Positions 21,173 through 34,774 of a stretch of 64,000 nt of DNA are shown here, one piece after another. The notes under the pieces are model-generated. The model was not told the DNA's origin and did not search any database. It saw only the letters and a list, made by a program, of their open reading frames with translations. The translations under genes were made by a program, and so were the position numbers. The stretch spans positions 320,001 through 384,000 of the forward strand of contig CAVSGM010000002.1 in the NCBI GenBank assembly GCA_963727485.1, in the 5' to 3' direction. Each line of letters starts with the position of its first letter. The first letter of the stretch is position 1. This stretch comes from an uncultured delta proteobacterium. GTDB lineage: Bacteria > Myxococcota > Myxococcia > SLRQ01.

Positions 21173-21583
21173 TTGGGGGGGATCCTCCGGGTGGTCGCGG
21201 GGATCCTCGAGGCCGAGGGGAGGGTGCTGTTGACCCGGCGCCGGGCGGGGACGCACCTCGCGGGCCTCTGGGAGTTCCCGGGCGGGAAGGTCGAGGCCGG
21301 GGAGTCGGACGAGGCGGCGCTGGTCCGGGAGCTACTTGAAGAAATTGGCGTAAGGGTCCGGGTTGGAAGGCTTTTCGAGCGCGTGACCCACGCCTATCCC
21401 GAGCGCACGGTGGACCTGTGCTTCTACCGGTGTGAGGTCCTCGAGGGGACGCCCGAGGCCCTGGAGGTGGCGGATCTCGCGTGGGTGCCGCTGGCGGACC
21501 TGCCCGGATATCCGCTGCCGCCGGCGGACGCGCCCCTGGTCGGGCGGCTCCTGGCCGAGGCGGGCGTTATGTCGACTTCCTAG
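21173..21583 (+). CDS. NUDIX hydrolase, MutT/NudG type
   Basis: HLAGLWEFPGGKVEAGESDEAALVRELLEEIG Nudix box. Confidence 0.9.
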   Translation: MGGILRVVAGILEAEGRVLLTRRRAGTHLAGLWEFPGGKVEAGESDEAALVRELLEEIGVRVRVGRLFERVTHAYPERTVDLCFYRCEVLEGTPEALEVADLAWVPLADLPGYPLPPADAPLVGRLLAEAGVMSTS

Positions 21584-22167
21584 CCGCCGTGGGGCGCGGC
21601 CGGGCCCGCGTCGGCGGCGTCCGGGGCGTCCGGGGCCGGGGCGGTGGCCTCGAGCTGAAGGGTCAGGTCCTGGTAGTGGCGGCCCTCCGCGTCGGTGATG
21701 TGGGGCGCGCGCTCGCCCTCGAGCTCCAGGCGGTAGGTCTTGCCGGGCTCCAGGGGCGGCCTGGGGGTGACCTTGAACCAGGTGCCCCCGGGCTCGGTGG
21801 TGGGGCCGCGGTGCCGGGAGACCACCGGGCCGGTCTCGAGGTCGAAGGGCACCAGGTGGTCGTGGCTGGTGGCCAGGCGCAGCCGGACGTCGGTGAGGCG
21901 CTGCCAGGTCTGGAGGCGCAGGGTCGCGTCGGCCGGGACCGGGATCGGGCCGTCACCGGGCTTCAGGGCCTCCACCTGGCCGTCGACCACGGCCTCGAGG
22001 GCCACCAGGTCGAGGCGGTCGTCGGTGACGTCGAAGGGCGGCGGTGGCGGCGCCTGTGGGCCCGCGTCCCGGCGCACGGCGGCGGTGCCGGGGCCGGCGT
22101 GGCAGCCGGCTGCCGAGGCGGCGCCCAGGGCGACGACGAGGGCGAAGACCAGGTGGGACCGTCCCAT
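21580..22167 (-). CDS. Hypothetical lipoprotein with Ig-like fold features
   Basis: Lipobox AAGC; TPRPPLEPGKTYRLEL resembles Big_5-type strands. Confidence 0.65.
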   Translation of the reverse strand: MGRSHLVFALVVALGAASAAGCHAGPGTAAVRRDAGPQAPPPPPFDVTDDRLDLVALEAVVDGQVEALKPGDGPIPVPADATLRLQTWQRLTDVRLRLATSHDHLVPFDLETGPVVSRHRGPTTEPGGTWFKVTPRPPLEPGKTYRLELEGERAPHITDAEGRHYQDLTLQLEATAPAPDAPDAADAGPAAPHGG

Positions 22168-22269
22168 GGCGGCGCACCGTAGCGGCGCCCGGGGGTCCGG
22201 TCAACGGCGCGCCGGGCCTGAGGTCCCTTGGAGCCGGTCCAGGCGCGCCGTTCCCCAGGCAAAGCTGGA

Positions 22270-22297
22270 ATGTCCGATAAGATACATTATGTCAACT
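22270..22297 (+). other. dif: dif site (XerC/XerD chromosome dimer resolution site)
   Basis: ATGTCCGATAA-GATACA-TTATGTCAACT: 11-6-11 layout with ATAA/TTATG inner motifs; intergenic; coincides with the gene-orientation switch. Confidence 0.88.
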
Positions 22298-22372
22298 CGT
22301 CGAAGGGACCGGGATTCCAGGGGTTCTGGCGGTCGCACGGCCCTGGGACGCCCCGGACGGCGCCCCGGGCCC

Positions 22373-23939
22373 CTACTCCCACTCGATGGTCGCCGGGGGC
22401 TTCGACGAGATGTCGTAGGCCACCCGGTTGATCCCCCGGACCTCGTTGATGATCCGGCTGGAGACCCGGGCCAGCGCGTCGTGCGGGAGCCGCGCCCAGT
22501 CGGCGGTCATCCCGTCGACGCTGGTCACCGCGCGCACCACGCAGGCGTTCTCGTAGGTCCGGTAGTCACCCATGACGCCCACCGAGCGCACCGGCAGCAG
22601 CACCACGAAGCCCTGCCAGATGCTGTCGTAGAGCCCGGCCTCGCGCATCTCCGCCTGGAAGATGGCGTCGGCCTGCCGGAGGACGTCGAGGCGATCAGGG
22701 GTGATCTCCCCGAGGATGCGCACGGCCAGGCCCGGCCCCGGGAACGGCCAGCGGCCCACCATGGCCTCCGGGAGCCCGAGGACCCGCCCCAGCTCCCGGA
22801 CCTCGTCCTTGAACAGCTCCCGGAGCGGCTCCACCAGCTCGAGCTTCATCGCCTCGGGGAGCCCGCCCACGTTGTGGTGGCTCTTGATGGTCGCCGAGGG
22901 GCCCTTCACGGAGGTGGACTCGATGACGTCCGGGTAGAGGGTGCCCTGGGCGAGGAACCGGGCGCCGTCGATGCCGTCGGCGGCCTCCTCGAACACGGCG
23001 ATGAACTCCCGGCCGATGATCTTGCGCTTCTGCTCGGGGTCGGTGACCCCGGCGAGCTTCTCCAGGAAGCGATCGGCGGCGTCCACGAACACCAGGGGGA
23101 TGTGGAACCGGTCCCGGAACACCTCCTGGACCTGGTCGGCCTCCCCGAGGCGCAAGAGGCCGTTGTCCACGAAGATGCAGGTGAGCTGGTCGCCGATGGC
23201 CTTGTGGAGGAGCGCCGCGGCCACCGAGCTGTCCACGCCCGCCGGAGAGCCCGCAGAGGACCTTCCCCTCGCCCACCTGGGCCCGGATGGCCGCTACCGC
23301 GGTGTCCACGAAGGAGGCCATGGTCCAGGTGCCGGTCAGCTCGCAGGCGTCCCGGAGGAAGGAGCGGAGGATCTCGTTGCCCCGCGGCGTGTGGTGGACC
23401 TCAGGGTGGAACTGCACGCCGAAGATCCGGCGCTCGGGGTCGGCGATGGCGGCCAGGGGCGCCCCCTCGCTGTGGCCGAGGACCGTGAAGCCCTCGGGCA
23501 GCTGCTCCACGCGGTCCCCGTGGCTCATCCACACGTCGACCGCCTCGGCGGCCTTGAAGCCCTTGAACAGGCCCCAGGCCTCGTCGATCGCGAGGGTCGC
23601 CGGGCCGTACTCCCGGGTGTGCCCCGGGGCGACCTTCCCGCCGAGGAGGTGGCAGACGATCTGGAGCCCGTAGCAGATCCCCAGGACCGGCACCCCGAGC
23701 TCGAAGATCCCCGGGTCCACCGTGGGCGCCCCCTCGTCGAGGACCGAGCTGGGCCCCCCCGAGAGGATGATCCCCTTGGGATCGAAGGCCCGCACCGTCT
23801 CCAGGGACACGTGGTGCGGGTGGATCTCGCAGTAGACCCGCTCCTCCCGGACGCGCCGGGCGATGAGCTGGGTGTACTGCGAGCCGAAGTCGAGGATGAG
23901 GACCTTCTCGGCGAGGGCGGCGGTGGCGTGGGTGGCCAT
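22373..23939 (-). CDS. guaA: GMP synthase (glutamine-hydrolysing) (frameshift ~23240)
   Basis: [36 protein letters not shown] after correction, [21 protein letters not shown]. Confidence 0.97.
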
Positions 23940-24027
23940 GGCGCGGGCTCTAGCACGGCAAAGACGGGCCCGGCAATCCGGGACGGGTTTGACAGCGCCC
24001 CGGTCTTCCAATAGTCACAATGAACCA

Positions 24028-24705
24028 ATGCGCGCGAGCCCATTCGCCGTTCTCGCCGGGGGCCTGCTACTCGCCGCTTGCGCCACCACGAATCCCTACG
24101 GTCCGTCCGGGGAGGAGCGGTTGGACGCGGCGACCTCGGACATCTCTCCAGACACGAGCGTGGCCAAGGCCAACGCGAAGCACCTGGAGCGCATCCAGTC
24201 CCACAACTGCGCCGACGCCCACGCGCAGCTCGCGGCCCTCCCCAAGAAGGACAAGACCGAGGCGTCGACCCTCGCCGACCTCACCGGGCTGGTGACCGTG
24301 CTGCGGGCGCACAAGAAGGACATGGACGCGGTCCTCGATCGGCACCCGGGCCTGAAGTTCTTCAAGGGCAAGGCCGCCGACGGGAACACCTACGACATCC
24401 AGGCCACGATGCAGACCTGCTCCCAGGACCTGACCCAGGTGGAGAGCAAGCTCGACAGCCTCATCCGGGACATCACCCGCTCGCCCATCGCCCAGCAGAT
24501 CGTGGGCAAGGGGCGCCGGCGGCACATGGTGCCCGAGGCCCGGGTCGACTTCGACCTGCTGGCCAAGGCGATCAAGACCCTGGCCCCGGTGGACGCCGAC
24601 GTGCTCATGAGCAAGGTCAGCGAGGCCAAGAAGCAGCTCGCGGCCGACAAGTCCAAGGCCACCCGGCACCACCGGCGCTACCGCCGCCGTCGCCACCGGC
24701 GCTGA
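24028..24705 (+). CDS. Hypothetical helical lipoprotein with Arg/His-rich C-tail
   Basis: Lipobox LAAC; good GC3 codon pattern; ends KATRHHRRYRRRRHRR. Confidence 0.75.
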   Translation: MRASPFAVLAGGLLLAACATTNPYGPSGEERLDAATSDISPDTSVAKANAKHLERIQSHNCADAHAQLAALPKKDKTEASTLADLTGLVTVLRAHKKDMDAVLDRHPGLKFFKGKAADGNTYDIQATMQTCSQDLTQVESKLDSLIRDITRSPIAQQIVGKGRRRHMVPEARVDFDLLAKAIKTLAPVDADVLMSKVSEAKKQLAADKSKATRHHRRYRRRRHRR

Positions 24706-24730
24706 TCGCCGGCGCCCTGCCCCGCGCGCC

Positions 24731-27457
<2,727 letters not shown>

Positions 27458-27520
27458 CGTCTCAAGTGTGTAGCCCACGCCGCGCTTTCGCCCAAGTCGC
27501 ACGTCGGTATAATCGGCACG

Positions 27521-29946
27521 ATGCCCGACGACAGGAGGACGGGGGGGCGCTACGCGGTCGGCCTCCTGGTGAAGCTCAAGCACCCCGACGTGGGCACGTT
27601 CGTGGAGCGGTTCGCCACGAACATCTCCCCCGGCGGGATGTTCATCCGGACCCGGGATCCCAAGGATCCCGGCACCATGGTCCGCTTCGAGGTGCAGATC
27701 GCCGGGGGATCCGGGTGATGCGCGGCGAGGCGGTGGTCCGGTGGGCCCGCCCGGCGAACAATCCCGCCGGCCCCCCGGGGATGGGCCTGGAGTTCGTGAC
27801 CCTCGACGAGGCGACCCGGGTGCTCATCGACCGGATGCTCGCCGCCCGGGGCCTGGCCACGCCGCCGAAGGCCAAGGCGACGCCCCCGGCCGCGGCCGGC
27901 GCGACCGTCCTCGAGGCCCCGGCTGGCCCCGAGGCCCCTGCGCCCCCGGCCGCCCCGGACGCGCCCAAGGTCGCCCCCAAGGCCCCCAAGGCGGCAAAGG
28001 CCCCGCCCGCGCCGCCCCCCGAGGCCTTCGACGCCCCCGCGGACGCCACCGAGGCAGCCCCCGCCGAGACCGAGGCCGACGACGACGACGACGGCCTCCA
28101 GGTCGACGTCGACACCGACGACCTGGTGGCCAGCACCCCGCCCCCCCCGCCGGCGCCCGCCAATCCGCCCCCGAGCCCCGAGGACGACCTCGACATCGAC
28201 GTCGACCTCTCCGGCGCCGACGACGACGCCGACCTCGACCTCGACGTGGACGTGGCCCCCCCGGTGCGTCACCTCGTCTTCCTCGAGGCCGTCGACACCC
28301 TCCCCCAGGACGGCCCGATCATCGGCATCGACCTGGGGACCACCAACTCCTGCGTGGCGGTCTTCGACGACGGCCGCCCCCGGGTGATCCACTCCCGGGA
28401 GGGCTACAACACCCTCCCCTCCACCGTCGCCCTCTCCAAGAAGGACAAGCTCCTGGTGGGCCACCCGGCCAAGAGCCAGATGCTCACCAACCCCGAGCGC
28501 ACCGTCTACGGGGCCAAGCGCCTGGTCGGCCGCCCCTTCGACAGCCCCACGGTGCGGATGGTCCGGGAGCGCTTCCACTACGAGGTCTGCCCGGACAGCC
28601 TGGGCAAGGCGGCGGTGCGCCTCGGCGCCGACGTGGTCTCCCTCGAGGAGGTCCAGGCCCTCGTCCTCAAGGAGTGCCGGGAGATGGCCCAGCTCTCCCT
28701 GGGCCGGGAGATCCACCGGGCGGTGATCACCGTCCCCGCCTACTACTCCGACGCCCAGCGCCACGCGGTCCGGGAGGCCGGGCGCATCGCCGGCCTCAAC
28801 GTCGAGCGCATCCTCAACGAGCCCACCGCCGCGGCGCTGGCCTACGGCCTCAACCGGGACATCAAGAAGCAGGTCCTCATCTACGACCTCGGCGGCGGCA
28901 CCTTCGACGCCACCGCCATGCTCATCGACGGCAACGTCTTCGAGGTCCTGGCCACCGGCGGCGACACCTTCCTCGGGGGCGTCGACTTCGACAACCAGAT
29001 CGTCGACTGGTTCCTCGGCCGCTTCGAGGAGACCACCGGCCGCCCCTTCGCCGGCGACCGGGTGGCCCTCTCCCGGGTCACCGACGCCGCCGAGCGCGCC
29101 AAGATCGCCCTCTCCGAGCGCCGGACCTTCGACGTCCACGTGCCCTTCCTGATGATGGACGAGGACGGGGTCCCCCACGACCTCAAGACCACCATCACCC
29201 GGGACGACCTGGCGACCCTCACCGGCGACCTCATCGATCGCACCCTCGACGTGGTCCGGGACGTGCTCCTCGACGCGGCCCTCAAGCCCTCGGACGTCGA
29301 GGAGGTGATCCTCGTCGGCGGCCAGAGCCGGATGCCGCTGGTCCGGGACAAGCTCGCGCGCTTCTTCGGCCGCGAGGCCCACCCCGGGGTCCACCCGGAC
29401 GAGGCGGTGGCCCTCGGCGCCGCCTACCTCGCCGGCTCCCTGGACAAGGTCTCCAACGTGGTCCTCATCGACGTGCTCCCCATGACCATCGGCGTGGGGC
29501 TCCCCGGCGGGCGGTTCAAGCGGGTCATCGAGCGGAACACCCCCCTGCCCGCCACCAAGACCTATGGGCTGGCCACCACCCGGGACGACCAGAAGCACAT
29601 CGAGGTCTCGGTGTTCCAGGGCGAGGACGAGTCGATCACCGGCAACGAGTACCTGGGCACCCTCCGCCTCGAGGGGCTGCCCCCCGGCGCCCGGGGCGCG
29701 GTGAAGGTCGCCGTCTCCTTCGAGCTCGGGCCCGAGTGCGTCCTCGAGGTCGAGGCCCGGGAGCTGACCACCGGCGCCGCGGTGAAGGCGACGCTGGCCA
29801 CCCGGGACACCCCCGAGGAGCTGGCCCGGCGCCTCAAGGTCGAGCCCCGGGGCCCCACCGAGCAGACCAGCCGCCGGGAGGCCGAGCTCGCCCAGCGGGG
29901 CGGCCGGTTCTGGGGCTTCCTCAAGCGGATGGTCGGCAAGAGCTGA
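27521..29946 (+). CDS. TIGR02266/PilZ domain fused to Hsp70 (DnaK-like) (frameshift ~27705)
   Basis: RRTGGR, NISPGGMFIRT, GMGLEFV; acidic/Pro linker; GIDLGTTNS, EPTAAALAYG, DLGGGTFD, LVGGQSRMP. Confidence 0.9.
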
Positions 29947-29963
29947 GCGAGGCGCCCTGCGCC

Positions 29964-30431
29964 CTAGGCGCCACGGGCCGCGGCCAGGAGCACGTCGCGC
30001 CAGGCGTCCCGGCTCTCGCCGAGCTCCCGGCCGACCTTCGACATCACCCCCAGGAGGAGCTTGAGGCAGGCCTGGGGCTTCTTGCGCTGGAGCTTGCCGA
30101 AGTCCTTCCGGGGGATGGCGAGGAGCTCGACCTGGCCCACGGCGTAGACGCTGGTGAGCCGGGGCCCGGCGGTGACCAGGGCCAGCTCGCCGAAGGTGTC
30201 ACCGGTGTCGAGGCGCCCGATCTCCACCTCGGCGTCGCCGTCGCGCAGGCACACCGAGAGCTCGCCGGACCGGACCACGAAGAGGGCGTCGCCGGTCTCC
30301 CCCTCGAGGTACACCGGCTGGCCGTCGGTCACGTGCCGGGGCTGGGCCACCGCGCCCAGGATCTTGAGCCCCACGTCGGTGAACCCGGCGAAGAGGGGCG
30401 ATCCCTTCAGTGCCTCGGCGACCTCATCCAT
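29964..30431 (-). CDS. Stand-alone cyclic-nucleotide-binding domain protein
   Basis: EGETGDALFVVRSGEL, GDTFGELALVTAGPRLTSV. Confidence 0.88.
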   Translation of the reverse strand: MDEVAEALKGSPLFAGFTDVGLKILGAVAQPRHVTDGQPVYLEGETGDALFVVRSGELSVCLRDGDAEVEIGRLDTGDTFGELALVTAGPRLTSVYAVGQVELLAIPRKDFGKLQRKKPQACLKLLLGVMSKVGRELGESRDAWRDVLLAAARGA

Positions 30432-30834
30432 CCCGCTCCGGGATGTAGCACGGGCCGCCCTCCCGGGCCAGACGCCGGCACACGCGCATCCACAGGCCGG
30501 CGCCGGTGAGGGCCCCGAGGGCGTCGGCGGTGGCGTCCCAGAGGCTCGGGTCCCGGCCCGGGGTGAAGCGCTGGTGGAACTCGTCGGTGAGCCCGTAGAA
30601 CGCCGCCAGGGCCGCGGCGAGGATCGCGAAGCCGTACCACGGCCAGCGCCGGTTCAGGGTGCCCGAGAGCCCCCGGGCGAGGAGCGCCCCGAGCATCGCG
30701 TACTCGCTGAAGTGGGCCACCTTGTCGAGGTGACCGAGCTGGATCGGGCCCAGGGGGTGCGAGAGGCTCGAGAGGAGGAAGATCAGGCCCAGGTAGAGGG
30801 CCACCGGCCCCCAGAGCCAGACGAGGCGACGCAT
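30424..30834 (-). CDS. VanZ family membrane protein
   Basis: LIFLLSS, DKVAHFSEYAMLG, DEFHQRFTPGRDPSLWDATADALG. Confidence 0.88.
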   Translation of the reverse strand: MRRLVWLWGPVALYLGLIFLLSSLSHPLGPIQLGHLDKVAHFSEYAMLGALLARGLSGTLNRRWPWYGFAILAAALAAFYGLTDEFHQRFTPGRDPSLWDATADALGALTGAGLWMRVCRRLAREGGPCYIPERDG

Positions 30835-30836
30835 GG

Positions 30837-31445
30837 CTACTGCTTGTACTTCCCGAAGGCCTCGGGATCGAGGCCCTCCAGGTACTGGTCCCAGTCGTCC
30901 TCGGAGGCCGGGGCCGGCCGCTGGAACGGCACCTCCGGTGCGTCCTCGCCCACCACCTCGATGCGCCGGCCCCGGTCGGTTCGCGCGTCCGCCTCGGGGT
31001 CGTCGGTCTCGGCGGTGGGATCCATCCGGGACTCCCAGAGGACGTGATCGTGGACGAAGATTGACGCCCCGGCGCGGATTGCCAGGGCGATGGCGTCGCT
31101 GGGCCGGCTGTCGATGGACGTCTCCTCGTCCCCTCGCACCACCACGATCCGGGCGTAGAAGGTGTTGTCGCGCAGGTCGTTGATTTCGATGCGGGTCACC
31201 GTGCACCCGAGGGCCTCGAAGCTCGCCAGGAGGAGATCGTGGGTCATGGGCCGCGGGTGGCGGATCTCCTGCATCTCCGAGGCGATGGCCACCGCCTCGG
31301 CCTGGCCGACCCAGATGGGGATTCGGTGCTCGCCGGAGAGGTCGCGGAGGAGGACGACGGGATTGCCGCGGGTGGGGTCGACCGCGAGGCCGTGGAGCCG
31401 CAGCTCCCACTTGCGGGGGGGCTTGTCTTGCTTTGGGATGCTCAT
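30837..31445 (-). CDS. Bifunctional nuclease family protein (DUF151)
   Basis: IPIWVGQAEA, RPMTHDLL, TFYARI, IDSRPSDAIALA. Confidence 0.92.
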   Translation of the reverse strand: MSIPKQDKPPRKWELRLHGLAVDPTRGNPVVLLRDLSGEHRIPIWVGQAEAVAIASEMQEIRHPRPMTHDLLLASFEALGCTVTRIEINDLRDNTFYARIVVVRGDEETSIDSRPSDAIALAIRAGASIFVHDHVLWESRMDPTAETDDPEADARTDRGRRIEVVGEDAPEVPFQRPAPASEDDWDQYLEGLDPEAFGKYKQ

Positions 31446-32860
31446 GGTGTCGTGGGCCTTTCGGGGTGACGCGTCACCGCCACCAGGGCGCCGGAGAGCC
31501 CGAAGTGGCTGGTCTCTTCCACCCGGACGCGAACCAGCGCCCCGGTGGGCGCGGCGTCGGCGCTGGCGGGGAAGTGCACCATCCAGTTGTGGGTGGTGTG
31601 TCCCTGCCGGCGCGCCGGATCCTTCTTGCTGGGTCCCTCCACCAGCACCTCGACCTCGGTCCCCAGGAAGCGCCGGGTCTTCTCGCCGCTGATCTCCCGC
31701 TGCCGCGCCTGGAGGCGCGCGAGGCGGGCGGAGGCGACCTCCCGGGGCACCGGCCCCAGCTCGGCGCCGTGGCGGGAGGCATAGGTGCGGGGGCGGTCGC
31801 TGTAGACGAAGGAGTAGAGGTTGTCGTACCGGACCGTCTCCACCAGGCGCAGGGTCGCCTCGAAGTCGTCGTCGGTCTCCCCGGGGAAGCCGACGATGAG
31901 ATTGGTGGTCAGGGCGATGTCCGGGACCGCCGCCTTGAGGCGCGCGACCTTCTCCAGGTACTCGGCGGCGGTGTGCTCCCGGCGCATGGCGTGGAGGATC
32001 CGGTCGGAGCCGCTCTGCACCGGCAGGTGGAGGTGGCGACAGAGGACCGGGACGTCCCGGTGGGCCTCGAAGACGTCGTCGCCCATCTCCCGGGGGTAGC
32101 TGGTGGTGTAGCGCAGGCGCCAGAGGCCCGGGACCGCGGCCACCCGGCGCAGCAGGCCCGCGAAGGAGTCGCCGCCGTGGTAGCAGTTCACGTTCTGGCC
32201 GATGAGGGTGACCTCCCGGGCCCCGGCGGCGACGAAGCGCCCGACCTCGTCGACCACCTCGTCGACCGGGCGGCTCACCTCCCGGCCCCGGGTGAAGGGC
32301 ACGATGCAGTAGGTGCAGACCTTGTCGCAGCCCTTCTGGATGGTCACGAAGGCCGTGGCCCGCTGGGCCGCCGGATCGGGCTCGGCCCGGGGGAAGGCGT
32401 AGCCCTCGGTGGCGGCGAAGCGGGTGTCGAGGACCTTCTCGCGCTCGGCGCGGGCCTGGCGGACCAGCTCCCCCACCCGGCCCACGGCGTCGGGGCCGAA
32501 GACCAGGTCCACGAACGGCGCCTTCTTGTGGAGCCGGGCCCGCTCCTGCTGGGCCACGCACCCGGAGACCGCGAGGACCACCCCGGGGCGCGCCTCCTTG
32601 TGACGCCGGAGGCGCCCGAGCTCCGAGAGGAGCTTCTGCTCGGCCTTCTCCCGCACCGAGCAGGTGTTGAGGAGGATGAGGTCGGCGTCGGCGGGGTCGG
32701 AGACGGGCCGGTAGCCGTCGGCGCCGAGGATCTGGAGCATCCGATCCGAGTCGTAGACGTTCATCTGGCACCCGAAGGTGTGGACGTAAACGCCTTGTTT
32801 GGTATCGGATTTTTCGTCTTTGAGGGGCCGGGTTCCCCCGAGCTGGACGAGCGGTTCCAT
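31442..32860 (-). CDS. miaB: tRNA-2-methylthio-N6-dimethylallyladenosine synthase MiaB
   Basis: TFGCQMNVYDS, NTCSVREKAE, radical SAM CDKVCTYC, HLPVQSGSD, TRAM domain. Confidence 0.95.
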   Translation of the reverse strand: MEPLVQLGGTRPLKDEKSDTKQGVYVHTFGCQMNVYDSDRMLQILGADGYRPVSDPADADLILLNTCSVREKAEQKLLSELGRLRRHKEARPGVVLAVSGCVAQQERARLHKKAPFVDLVFGPDAVGRVGELVRQARAEREKVLDTRFAATEGYAFPRAEPDPAAQRATAFVTIQKGCDKVCTYCIVPFTRGREVSRPVDEVVDEVGRFVAAGAREVTLIGQNVNCYHGGDSFAGLLRRVAAVPGLWRLRYTTSYPREMGDDVFEAHRDVPVLCRHLHLPVQSGSDRILHAMRREHTAAEYLEKVARLKAAVPDIALTTNLIVGFPGETDDDFEATLRLVETVRYDNLYSFVYSDRPRTYASRHGAELGPVPREVASARLARLQARQREISGEKTRRFLGTEVEVLVEGPSKKDPARRQGHTTHNWMVHFPASADAAPTGALVRVRVEETSHFGLSGALVAVTRHPERPTTP

Positions 32861-32924
32861 GGAGGCGCGATGCTAACGGACGCGCCCGGCGCCCCGCAAG
32901 CTGGGGTCGTGACCCCGGGCGGGG

Positions 32925-34326
32925 TCAGTCGAGGACCCGGGCCATGACCCGGTCGAGCTCGGAGAGGCGGCGCACCGGCTCGGCGTGGTCGCAGTGGCGG
33001 GCGTAGGTGAGCATCTCCGAGTCGCCGAAGCCCCAGGAGAGCCGGTCCTCGGAGCACAGCCACACCAGGCGGCGCGCCCGCCGGCGGAGGTCCCGGAGGA
33101 CCCAGTCGTTGGGTGGGTTCCGGTTGTTCCGGCCGTCGCCGAGGACGAAGACGGTGGTGCGGTGGGTCACCGCGGCGAGGTGCCGGCGGTGGAACTGGGC
33201 GAAGGCCCGGCCGTAGTCGGAGCTGGCGTGGAGGCTCACCACCCTCCCGGCGAAGGCCAGGTCCACGGCGTGGTGGACGTCGGCGTCCTGGAAGAGCCGG
33301 GTGGCCTCGCCCAGGTCGGCGACGAAGACGAAGCTGCGGACCCGGTCGAAGACGTCCTGGAGGGTGTAGGCGAACTGGAGGAAGAAGCGGGCGACGTTGC
33401 GGACGCTGTCGGAGACGTCCACCAGGACCACCAGGTCCGGGCGCTCCTTGCGCCGGCGCCGGCGGACGGGCTCCATGGGCAGGCCCCCGTAGCGCAGCGA
33501 CCGGCGGAGGGTCCGGTGGACGTCGAGGCGCCCGAGGCGGCGGACCTTCCGGCGGCGGTCGAGGCGGACCTTGAGGCGCTCGGCGAGCTGGGTGACCAGG
33601 CGCTTCATCCGCTCGATCTCGTCCCGGGTCAGGCTGTAGAGGGGCCGCTCGGCGAGGCCGAGGTGGCTCCCCTCGAGGGTGCGGGCGAGCTGGCGGCTCT
33701 CGAGCTCGGCCTCGACCCGGCGCCGGGCGGCGGCCTTGAGGTCGGCGAGGCGCCGGCGGAGGACGGCCTGGACCTCGGCGAGGACCGCCGGATTGACCCC
33801 GGCCTCCCGGAGGGCGTCCATCATCGCCTCGAGCTCGGCCTCGGCGGCCGGGAGCCCGGCGCCCCCGAGGAGGCGCTGGGTGAACAGGCCCTGCTGCATG
33901 AAGCTCGACATGGCGGCGAAGTCGACCTCCCCGGCGGCGGCGTGGAGGCGCTGGGCGAGGTCGACCGGGCGGCCCTCGACCAGGGCCCGGGCCAGGGCGC
34001 CGAGGGGGAAGCCCTCGACGACCTCGGCGATTTCGCGCCCGGGCGCCCTCGGGGAGGCCCCTGGCCGCGAGGGCGTCGAGGAGGCCCCGGGCGTCCACGG
34101 GCAGGGCCTCCCCCGGGCCTGCGAAGAGGAGGTCGAAGAGGCGGTCGAAGATGGGGACGTCGCCCTGGCGCTTGACCAGGGTGGCCTCGAGGGCCGCGCG
34201 CACCGCCTCCCGGCGGCCGAGGCCCACGAGGGTCAGGGCCCGGGCGGCGTCCACCACCTCGGCGGTGGAGACCCGCACCCCGTTGTCCCGGAGGCGGGCG
34301 GCGAGGTCCTGGAGGCGATCCTCCAC
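32925..34326 (-). CDS. VWA-domain protein, CoxE-like (frameshift ~34030)
   Basis: LRDNGVRVSTAE...TLVKR N-terminus; GRLDVHRTLRRSL; MIDAS DVSDSV; SDYGRAF; LGDGRNN. Confidence 0.85.
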
Positions 34327-34330
34327 CGGG

Positions 34331-34696
34331 CTAGTCCGCCTCGCCGCTCCCGGCGAGGTCGGCCCGCAGGCCCTGCACCCAGGCCTCGAGGCGGGCTTGG
34401 GTCCCGGGGTCCGTGTCCACGAACTCGATGCCCATCCCCGGGTCCTGGGCCTCGCCCGGGGGCTGGACGCGCACCACCTGGCCCACCAGCGGCACCGGCG
34501 GGTCGCGGTCCGGCAGGGAGATGAGCAGGCGGACCCGGGTGCCCACCGGGAGCGGGTCCCGGGTGTTCACGAAGACCCCGCCGCTCGAGAGGTTGGTCCC
34601 GAAGTCCGAGAGGAAGTGGTCGACGGACTGGTAGGCCACGAGCACCGGGTGCTCGAGGCGCTCGCCGGTGCGCTGGTCGGTGGGCTCGCGGGTCAC
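34331..34696 (-). CDS. Stand-alone TIGR02266/PilZ domain protein
   Basis: RTGER (RxxxR), NLSSGGVFVNT, GQVVRV, GMGIEF. Confidence 0.87.
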   Translation of the reverse strand: MTREPTDQRTGERLEHPVLVAYQSVDHFLSDFGTNLSSGGVFVNTRDPLPVGTRVRLLISLPDRDPPVPLVGQVVRVQPPGEAQDPGMGIEFVDTDPGTQARLEAWVQGLRADLAGSGEAD

Positions 34697-34774
34697 GACG
34701 TCAGGCTCTCCCCACGGGAAAGCTAGCACCGCGGCCCCCCTCGTTCCAGCGCCGGAACGCCGCACCCGGGTGGG

